Source: Octopus vulgaris (taxonomy: Eukaryota). From it: a DNA stretch of 64,000 bases. Below the pieces are notes generated by a model. It made no database searches. It was not told the origin of the DNA and worked only from the letters and a program-made list of their open reading frames with translations. This document shows positions 53,063-64,000 of this stretch, piece by piece (positions within the stretch are counted from its first letter, which is position 1; each line of letters begins with the position of its first letter). The translations under genes were made by a program, and so were the position numbers. Location of the stretch: positions 44,702,001 through 44,766,000 of the forward strand of contig OX597821.1 in the NCBI GenBank assembly GCA_951406725.2, given 5' to 3'.

Positions 53063-55325
53063 TCTTACTGTCTCAGCTACTGTGGATATTTTCTTATTCT
53101 TTTATTAGTTTCAACCATTGAACTGCAGCCATATTAGGATACCATCTTTAAATATACAATATATATAGGGAGTTGACTGACATTAACCATCTTGACAGCA
53201 GTAAATGTAAAATATGGTAACTCTGTTTCATTATTTCTACTTATTTTCATACACACACACACCTGTAGCAATGAAACTGTCAAAACATGTTTTCACTTAT
53301 GTAGTTATTCAACAACAGATTATTTTAAATTGAAAATCACAGGAAACTTAATAGCTCTTTAAATTAATAACATTAATACAAGAGTTATTACTTACTATCA
53401 ACAATAACTAACAATGCGATAATCTATAATATATTTTCATTATAAATTCTACACAAAGCCTATTATTTTCTGAGCTATATTTGCTCCTATCAAAGCACAA
53501 ATGGAAGTGCTGAGAGTTTTATCTATCTAAAGCAGATCTGTGCAACTTGCAATTATGCTGGCTAAATGAAACTAATTACAATAGATAAATAAACCCTTTG
53601 GAAACATAATTGTACACATAAGGGATTATATCAAAAGCAATGCAAATATATGAATATAAATAATATCAAATAAAGCCAAGCTGATTCCATGGCAGTGGAA
53701 TAGCTGAGTCATTAGAACATTAAGTAGGATCACTTGAAATATCTGCCCAAACTCTGAGTTCAATGTTGTCTTTTGTAACTTTATAAAGTTAACAAATTAC
53801 ATGTCCACAACAATGGCTTAGCAGGGCTGTTAGACTACTGGACAATGTGTTGCAATATTTGCTCTAGCTCTTTAAATAGTTCTGAGTTTAAATTCCACTT
53901 GATGGCCATACCATCACTGCCTTATGTACTGGAAGTTGACAAGGTGGACCGTAATAGATGGCAGTCTGCAATCAGACTGGCCTCCCCATCATCTCAATAT
54001 ATTTGAACCATGGAAACAGGGACTTTGAAAGTGAAACACTGTGGAGATTGTAACTGTGAACTTGTAAATGGTTGCAGAAACCATGGAAACATTGTCAATT
54101 ATGTGGATATGACAAAGGTAAAATAGTAATTGGTAAAAATAATATTAGAATAGATTGTTGAAGAGAAATAGTTGCTTAGCCTCAGGTCAATCCTAATAAG
54201 GCAGGCCTATAATCAAAAGATGTTCCAGCCATGACTTTATATATACATCATGGACTACATTATGCAATGTGTTCTTTTTTTATTAAAAAAAGAATGTAAT
54301 TTGAGGGTAACGTCACTGTTATTTCTAGGATATCAAACAACTTTTTAGAGGCTTCTCTCAATAACTGGATGATTGTTGCTTGCAGTTTCAGTGACTCCAG
54401 TAAAAATTAAAAGTGATAATGAATGAACACAAATCTAAATATGTACAATAGCAAGGTATTGTTCACAACCACTGTTATTGTGTAGTTCCTGTTACAAATT
54501 CTTCACTGGGAAGCAACCCTCAAGAATGCTTATTAGTAACATACTGCAATGATGGGAGTAGCATGCAAGTCTGCCATCAGCACACTTCTAATATAATCAC
54601 TCCTCCACCCACTAAACAGTAGGATTTCATCAGGAGTGTCACAGACATTGGCATTGTCTTAATATGCTATCATATTATGGATGTTATTATAACAACTAAC
54701 AAAAAAAAGAACAGTTCAGATTATAAAACAATATATAAACAGCATTACTCTGTCGATAGCTAAATTCTAGTTCCATTTCTATATGGGAAGAGAGCATATA
54801 TCATCAGATATATTTCTATTACATACTGAAAATGACTACAGACATTTCCTTTTTAACATATTTTATTTACATGTACTTGGCATCATATCATCTAAATCAT
54901 CTTTAACAAGTTAATAGTAACAAATTTAAATCTCTATTGCAACAAATGTAGTTTAAAGAGATATAATGTTATGTATGATAACAGAATGAAGCAGAAAGTT
55001 GTGAAAGAAAAACATACAAGTCAATGCAAGAACTTTGTTAATATTCTTTGAAATATGAATATTCAACAACAATGTACAATTTTATATTTATATAAAAAAC
55101 ACATAAAAATATAAAATTTGAGGGAAAGAGAAACAGACTATAAAATGAACTGATATTTTAATCAGTATAGGCCAAATACAACTTTCTGAATGAAACATTT
55201 AATGGAAAGGAAAAAAAAAGTGTAACTCAAACAAGCACAATTTTTCAATTTTGTTCCACAGGAACCAATAACAATAGCAGTAATTATTTACAATGAGAAA
55301 TATGTAGAGTGACTGTGATGTATGT

Positions 55326-55381
<56 letters not shown>

Positions 55382-55566
55382 ATATATATATATATGTATA
55401 TATAACATTTGCATGAAACTGCAGTTTAAAATACTTTGTTTAGGAAAGAAAATTAAAAGGGGGCAGGAGTATTTAAACAGGAAAAAAAATTTATCAAAAT
55501 ATTTGTCTTCTTACAATATAAATGGCTTGAAAAACAAACTATTCAAATAATTTAAATTTTTCATAT

Positions 55567-55624
<58 letters not shown>

Positions 55625-58600
55625 ATATATATGTGTGTGTGTGTGTGTAAAGAATGTTATTTACAAAATGGCAGTTTTTGTAGTAATTTTTTTGAAATTC
55701 AATTTGATATTCATAATGATTTTTACAAAATTTTATGTTAAATAAAAAAAAGGCTAATTAAAAAAATAACAAAATAAAAGGAAGCATTGAAATATAATAT
55801 TCAGAACACTGTATGAAAAATAAAGAAAAATCTCTCAAGAAATACAAATGCATAAAGATAGAGCCACCAAAACAAATACCTGCATAATATATGCATATTA
55901 TACACTCACATACATATACACACACATACAACTGCATATTTTTGTATTCTATATGACTAATGTGCTGCAACAAAAGATGCATTAACAAACTCCAATTGGT
56001 ACACAGATATTGAACCAGTTATACATTGCTACAAAAACATAGACATTGCAGTGAACCAACAGAAATGAGCAGAAACGTTTTTCTTTTTATAATATTCCAG
56101 TCAATACATTTGAGCACAATGTGTAGAGTAAAAAAGTAATAAAAAAAAATTTTTTTAATGGAATAAAAATCAACATTTAACATTAAGGCAGAATATTGTG
56201 ATATATTGCATGATATTAAAGTAATTCTTAATAAAGAATACTTCAGGCTATCAGTAGAACAAAATTTAAATAAAAAAATACTATACATTTTTATTTTATT
56301 CATCTTTTAGCAATGAGTAAACCTGTATCAAATGGCAAATACGTGTTTCCATTTTTTTTTCAAGTGTTTTTGTAGAGAAAGATATGCATAGTGTGCTGAC
56401 ACTGCTGTGTAAATTGTCACCATTCTATAAAATCTCTCTCTAACAAATCAACCCATCCCTACCTCAAATTAAAGCCATTATATACATCTACAAATTAAAT
56501 CTAGAAATTGTTTTGAACCCTATGTATTCATATATACAAGCGCATTTCTTTGTTTTGTTTTTTTCTGACATTCAGCATCACAGAACTGTATGAAATCATT
56601 TCTTTATTATTCCATAATAACCTGCAACTAATTTGTTCAGATTCAGGACATTTTGAAAAGACTCAAATCTAGCTTTATTACAATATAGCATTCACAACTC
56701 AAGTTTATTTGCATTTCAGTAAGTTGTATAACTAGACTAGATGTTAATATTTATAATTTAAACCAAGAATTTCTGTGCAGATATATAAAGTTCAACTCAA
56801 TAAAAATGAAACTCTAGCCTCTCTGTTCTTGGTCACTTTCAGATTGGTTTTGTTATATTTAAGCACAGAAACACTTATAAATATATATATATCAACATAT
56901 ACCACAGATGCCTTGCAAGAAATTGCTCATTGTACAACATTTATAGGTTTGATTAATTATCAAAATTATGCTGAATTTCATTTTCCAAAAAACAAAAATA
57001 TATATAAAAATAAACTTTTCTTTTTGTTGTTTTTGAAAAATAATTTGGTAATGAAAATAATATGCACTAAAATGTTGAAAGACTTATGAGAAATGTTCTG
57101 AGTGATATCAACACAATGCCTCATGCCAACCCCCATTTCCACGCCAGGCCTATAACTTGTACAAACTGATCATGTAGTGATATGGAAGGATTTACATTAT
57201 GGAATGATCATGAAATGGTTTTATTTCCTTTAAATTATTTAAAAATATATTTTCTCAAAAAGATCAACTGTTTCATTTGACAACTTTCTTGATAGAGCAA
57301 AGAAAAATTGACAATTTTAAATCGATGAAGGAAAAAGAAAAATTTTAAAAAGTGGAAGACAAAAATCAAAATTTATTAAAAAAATATTGTAAATCCTTCC
57401 ACCTCAAAACAATCAGAAAAAAATTAATATTATATGCATTTGGTTGTGAAGAATTGAAAGAATTATATACAATGGTATATCTTCTTTTCCTTCTACAGAT
57501 GAACAGATACAAACATGCTGGTGTTGTTCAGAGTGTTTAATCTTACAATCAAATGGAGGACATTGTGAAGGGATGGTAATTTTTTAGGTAGATATTTCAG
57601 CATAATTTTAGAATTTATAATTTCCATGAAATTATTTTGTCACATGATTTAATTATGGAATAATAAATCACTATTTTTAATCAATACACTTATAAACATG
57701 CACAATTAATTTTAACACTAAATTAAAATCTATTAATTTCTTTTTTTTTTTTACTAAAAGAAAGTGAAATTTTTATAAAATTCATAAAGTTAAAATTACT
57801 TATTTTAAATGTAGCAACCATAGAGTGGTTATAACCTAAATATCAGAGACATTTCAGAGAAATTTTGACATGATTAAAATAAGAAACAAGTATGAAGAAA
57901 CAACTGAAATATAGAAGAGATGATTAATGATAAAACAAACAATTTTAGTGAAGATAAATACAGGAAGGAAAAAACCCTTTCAAAATGATTGCATGTAAAT
58001 TTTTTTCTCATACTGCTTATTAGATTGCAAGCATTTAGACATTATATATATATATACATACATACATACATATACATATATATATATATATATATAGATA
58101 TATATATATATATATATATATATCACACATACAATTATATATACAATCAGAGAATTATGAGGAAATGGATTCAAAATAGTTGTACCAAAATGATTGACAG
58201 GAATTATAAAGAAGAACATTAAATTTGCTCAAATAAACCACAACATATTTATTCTGCCCAATTGCATTCATTAATTCTAAAAATAACTGAAAGGAAGCCA
58301 GCCATTCCAACTACTGATTTTGAAATTATTACCAAAAAAAAAAAACTTCTAGAATGACTTTTAAAAACTGAACCAATTTCTAATACTTTATCTGGTTCAG
58401 TAACAAAAGAGACTAAATAAACTGCAAATAAATTTTGTATCTATTTCCATGTTTCATGGAAATATCACTGGAAAAGCATACATTCAAACAAAGTAACTGA
58501 AGAAATACTTCATGTAATACATTATCAGCTAGTAACATTTAAGACATAGCCAAGAAAAAAAAATTAGTATTTAGGGAAATAAAACAAAATTTTAAATACA

Positions 58601-61600
58601 ACATAAATACTAACAGGGAGCAGAGATTTTTTTTTGCTTTTTCTCAACTAAATGTAACAATGTTATTAGTATGTATGATAGGTATAAAATTGCATATGAT
58701 CAGAACTAGTAAAAATGAACAAATCTTTTGAAAAGAATCAGATTCAAAGACTCTTTAGCTTTAACTCATTTCAAAAGAATGGATGTGTGTGTGTGTGTAT
58801 ATATATGTGTGTGTGTGTGCACACACACAAACTTACATATACATATTATATGTGTGCACACACACACAAACTTACATATACATATTATATATGTATGTAT
58901 TTATGTATTGAATATCAGACAACACAGGTAATCAAAGAAAATGACTACACTATGTATATTTATAAAATCCTTTATCAAAGTTAAAAAAATGAAATTAACT
59001 TCTTAGACATAAAGGATATTTCAAAAGAATTTCAACATTGAAATCCAGAGATTCATTTCAATTACTTCCCAACATAAATAAGAGGGAATAAACAACACTG
59101 ATGGAGAACTGTGTATAGAGGGTATAGGATCTCAACTGATATGTGGTTTTGAGCTTGTCGTTGATATCAACTAACCCAGGAATACATACCTCAATAGAAA
59201 TTTTACACAGATACCAAACAGAGAAGTGAAACAGTTAGGATTAAGGAACTTAAAATCTGTAGATGAAAAATTGATTAATTTTACAATCTAAAGATGAAGA
59301 ACATAATAAAATATTTGGTTCATTTGGTTAAATTTGCTTTTTTTTTTTTTTGGAAAAAGGAAATTACAAGAACTAAAACAAAACAGACAGATAATGGGAA
59401 AATATTTTGTTCTTTGACATAAATGTGGTGTCTAATTCCAAATACCAAGATTAGAAGAAATTCTTTATATATATACATGCAATTTTTTTTCTCATTGTGA
59501 GAAAGATAAACAGAATGTATTAACCACTGTTAATAGTATACATATTTATACATATCAAAATAAAAGGGAAAATAGTGGATATTCTTATATGAAAAATTAA
59601 AAAGAAACATCTATTATATACTTGACATTCAGACATAATTTGTATTGATCAAATAATTCAATGCACTTTATCACATATGATCTCTTTCTCTCTCTCTCTC
59701 TCAAGTAGACATATTTAAATTAATATCTCTCATTTAAATCAAATGAGGTAACACTTTCAGAACAAGAACAGGAAAGTAATCACAATCACTTCAAACTAAC
59801 TCAGAGATGCAAGAAATGATATATGTATGTATATATATATATATATATATATCCATGATAACATGCCTGGTGACCTATGAATCTGTCACATGAACAAAGA
59901 CTAGTAAAACTAATTCTTGCAAATATGTCTAACAGAGCACTAAATAGAAACATTAGTAATTTAAAACACATGTACACACAGACATATAGACACAAGTGTG
60001 TGTGGTTGAGAAGTTTGCTTCCCAACCACATGGTTTCAGGTTCAGTCCTGATATGGAAACTGAAAGAAGCTTGTCATGTGTGTATCTCCTTGGCATCACG
60101 TGATTGTTGTAAATGAATGCTATTCATTTCCAATATTCTGTGAAAATATGTCTGACCATGGGAGAAACACTTTGTAGGGAATAGGAAAGGGTTAATAACA
60201 GGAAAAGTATCTGGCTGTAGATCTGCCTCATGCAAGCATGGAAAAGTGACATTAAAACAATGAAGAAAAGAAACATGATATATAAATATAACACACACTA
60301 GGCATGCACTATTTACAGTTGAAATTAATGTGTTGAAAAAAAAAAAAACTATACTATCAATGAGGAACAGAAACAGTGAAAGAAATTATTGAAATTGTAA
60401 AACTTAACAAGTTATTATAAACAATAGCAAATGATAGTTATATGATTAAGGCAGTGGTAAATTTTTTAACTGTAAAACAGCTTTTACTTTCATCTAGTAC
60501 ACCCACCTTACTAGAATAAATATGGTTGATGATAAAAATATATGAAATTAAAAGAAAATGTGATGAGTTTTATCAACGAAGTAGTCTTAGAAAAATCTGG
60601 GAAACACTCAATATGAAAAAAAATATCAAAAAATAATCTATTGAGAGAGAATGAGAATTTAGAGGAGTCAACATAGTGTAAGAAATTAATGATAATAGAA
60701 GAAATAAATATCAAGTAGGAGAGGATTTAGTTAGAGGGGATATTGTAAACACCTACAAGGTATTCCAAGAATATGTTGGGAGTGGATGAATTCCCTTTGA
60801 TTTGTTCTCTTACCATTTTGTTTTTTCTTCTAATTAGTTTTTTTTTTAAATTTATGCACACTTACTTGGCAGTTTTGTCACAGAGGTTTTCAATCTAACA
60901 GTATTTGGTTTAACTGTTATATAAATATAATAGACTAAAAAAAAAAAATCCTACATTTGAATTTCCCTTACTTCATGCAAAGGTTAACAAAAGAGTTGCC
61001 ACTAAGAACAGTCAGTGATGGCCACTGCATCAATCACTCATGAGGTTCCTTGTTAAGTATACAGTACTTCAGCTACTTACTGCTATAAGCTGCATGTATT
61101 TGCAAGACACCTATTCACAGTTAGGTGGCCTGGACCACCAAATGTTACGTGTTTTGGATTCTGCACAGTCCCTCAGCAGAACATAATTGACTACCAATCT
61201 AGGAAAGGTAAAAAAGAACTATAGACTTGGTTGATGATTTGCAGCTCAAAACAAGAAATTTCTGCCTAAATTGATATTCTGTCTTTAGCATTAAAACAAT
61301 AGAAATAATATTATGAACTATCATAGAAAGTTCTATCAATTGAATAGTGTCTGCTTGTTAGAGATCTGATAGATTATAACAAAATGTAATCAACTGGCAG
61401 CGATAAAATGTTTTTCTTCCTTCTAAGACCTGACAACAATTACAATAATTATATAATCACACTGTTCTACCAACCTCACTATCATTTTCAATTCAATTTA
61501 GGGACCTAATCTTACCTATAGTTATGACCAAAAGAATATAATCACAAATACAAACAACCACAATAGGGTTCCTCCAAAGAATCAATAGGTTACATAACTC

Positions 61601-63238
61601 AGAGATCAGTGAGCTGCTCCACCTGAGTCACTTACTCCACACTGAGAAGTTGCATCTCCAGTACAGGAAAGGCAAGGCCAACTAGCAGGAGACCAAAGTG
61701 TAAACCACAAGGCAGTTGGATAATATCCATAGCTTTGATTTCTCCCTTGGGGATCCAACCAAAATATTTGCAGAAAGCTGTTTTTGATAGGCCTTACTAG
61801 AGATCATGTCCAAAGATTTCGTCTCCATGACCCTCACAGGAATGGCAAGCTGTAAAGATGGATGTATGAATGGAAATTTCCACTATAGCAAATAAAACTA
61901 TATTGTCATTCCAGCTGAAGGGAATGGGTATATTAGATAAATTTTTAATTTTTGGCAATTTTCTCAAAAAAAGAAAGAGCAAATATAAAAAACAGCAGCG
62001 TAGCCATGATATAATAATTTCTTTTCTAATATATTTGGGAGCAATGTTCCACAAAATTAGATTTTTAATATGCATCTTTTATAGTTATTGTAGATTACCA
62101 AAACAGATATTAGCTCCCATATCTCCCTGAAATAGATTACAAGTTCCCAACAGTAAAGAACCTCCAGAGTTATCAGGCCAAGAAATGGGGTGATGTGGAA
62201 TTGATGTATTTCTCAAGGATGTGACTGCTGTAGGTAACAGTGACTGAAATAGCAACAAAAATTTGTTCCACAATTCAGCGAATTTATCATCATGCTATAC
62301 ACTTATGTTATTTCCAGTCTTTTATTCCTGAAACACAACTGAGACATAATATGGACCCTTGATACAAGAGTCTCCTATTATTCATTTGATTAAAAGTCGT
62401 CATAACATGCACAACAAGGATTTGCATCATTAAAAAAAAAGTGGGGAATGATCATGCTGATTAGTCTTAGAAGCAAAACTGTATTTTAGACAGAGGGAGG
62501 GGGTGCAAAATTTTAGTAAGGAAGGGTTGCAAATATAATGATGTTTGCATTTGACAAGACATAATTCTTTCTTAATTAGAAAGCTATCACTTAAGAATTA
62601 TGCACGTCAGAAAATTTTTTTAACCCTTTTGCTCGTATTCATTGTACATATATATTCCTTCTTACTATTCAGGGTACCATTAATTATTATTCCAAATAAG
62701 ATTCCTGTAATAAACTTCAATTAATTTTTACTTCATAAGACCAAACCATGCTGATGATGACTATTTGAAATTTAAATAAATATCAAGTAGACACACAAAA
62801 TAACAAAAAATTAAAGTTAAGGTGCATGGTAAAATGGTATTTGGCATTCAGTATTAGAAGAATAAATCTGGTCAGTTTTTGACTTTCAGAATCATTCAAA
62901 AAAAAAAAAATTTCCAAGTCAATGGAATGATAAAAATTTTCCCATTTATAGTATTCTGTCTTAACTTTTAAAATTGTAACATAAACAGAGATAGAAAAGG
63001 GGAAAATAGCAAAAAAAAAAAGCAAGCCCTAGAAAAATACATCTTGAAATAACGACTAAATAATTTTGGAAAATAAATAAGACAAAAAAAATTATTTTCA
63101 ACTAAAAAAAAATTGAAATAAGAGAACGATTAAGATAAATTGTAAAAAAAAAAAAAGCAATATGAAGATAAGTAGCATACAAAATGCATTTTCTTCTGAA
63201 AAAAATTTTCTTTTTTACCAATTCAAACCAAATTTCTC

Positions 63239-63801
63239 TCAAACTGACTCGCAACTTAGCATTCTTAGGGCTTCTTCATAGGACGGAAGGGCATTGTTCT
63301 CAACGGAAAGAGAAAGGGCATCTTTCTTCATTGCAGGAAAAATGGTTGTGCTACATTTCTCTGTTTTCTGGTCCCATGTTGTCAAAGTGGGGTTTGTAAT
63401 CACAGGCGTTGATGTAGATGTAGTTGTTGTCACTGGAGCAGATGACGAACTGGACTCATCTGAATTGCACACCAGAACTGTAGAAGAAATAGGCAACTGG
63501 GGTGCAGGTTGAATGGAAAGTCGCCCTAAAGCAGTGCCATTATTAGCGTCTGGGTGTGTAAACTGTACAGGAAACAACTCACTATAAGAAGGTGGTGGTG
63601 TCATTGTTTTCCACCGCTGAGGAGGAAAGAATGTGTATTCTGAGCCATATGAACGGAATAGTGTCTCTTGATTCGATAGCCATCGGAACAGAGCACATGA
63701 GATTGTGAGTAGTATGAGGACAACGGAGAATATAACAATGATCCATTTAAAAATGTCATTGACATCATTACTATGACCTGTGCCAACATTGTCTGGATAA
63801 C
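63239..63801 (-). CDS. Terminal exon of a single-pass membrane protein with PY motifs and a PDZ-binding C-terminus
   Basis: Polypyrimidine acceptor ttccttttgttttcatttccag| (phase 1) and an open frame to TGA. TM helix WIIVIFSVVLILLTISCALF, then PPPSY, an S/T-rich linker, LPSYEEAL and C-terminal ESV. Upstream exons lie outside the window. Confidence 0.9.
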
Positions 63802-64000
63802 CTGGAAATGAAAACAAAAGGAAACATTAGAAATCATAGAAAATGTTTACAGAAAGACAAAAAAATGATTTACTATTGAGAAGTCCCTGATAAAATATGA
63901 AACCCAGCAGTTTTCAATGACAAACTGTCAGTAAAATCTTACAATTTTTATTTATCAAGGAATAATACTGAATTGGCAAATAGCAGATTGGCAGAGTTGT

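Noticed and set aside
54730-54815. Minus-strand CTGATGA-TATATG/CATATA-GAAA
   Set aside because: The core boxes and stem II look right, but no consistent stem III plus UH plus stem I could be built. AT-rich chance match is likely.

Overview
AT-rich, microsatellite-laden eukaryotic DNA. The tRNA-derived SINE families and TA/CA arrays resemble octopod cephalopod (Octopus-like) repeats; this is an inference from recalled repeat sequences. Only one clearly intact coding exon is present. It is the minus-strand terminal exon (63239-63801) of a single-pass membrane protein with PPSY and LPSY motifs and a C-terminal -ESV, probably followed by a long 3' UTR. A decayed multi-exon SEA-domain-like gene remnant lies at ~50.9-53.1 kb. 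The rest is mostly old transposon debris: piggyBac, two DD37D (maT) elements, mariner, several MITEs, a Helitron, RTE, CRE, R4/Dong and Penelope fragments, and many SINEs. Most short ORFs in the supplied track are microsatellite artefacts. The main hidden signal is about a dozen type I hammerhead ribozyme (HHR) motifs, found by eye, in three architectures. (i) Retrozyme-like monomers: two partial tandem repeats with periods of 341 and 328 nt, plus a ~305-nt solo copy. (ii) Fold-back elements carrying two outward-facing HHRs. (iii) A dispersed family with an ultra-minimal HHR, several copies of which have U at the normally invariant A6. Most copies are decayed, often at CpG sites, and no activity can be shown from sequence alone.
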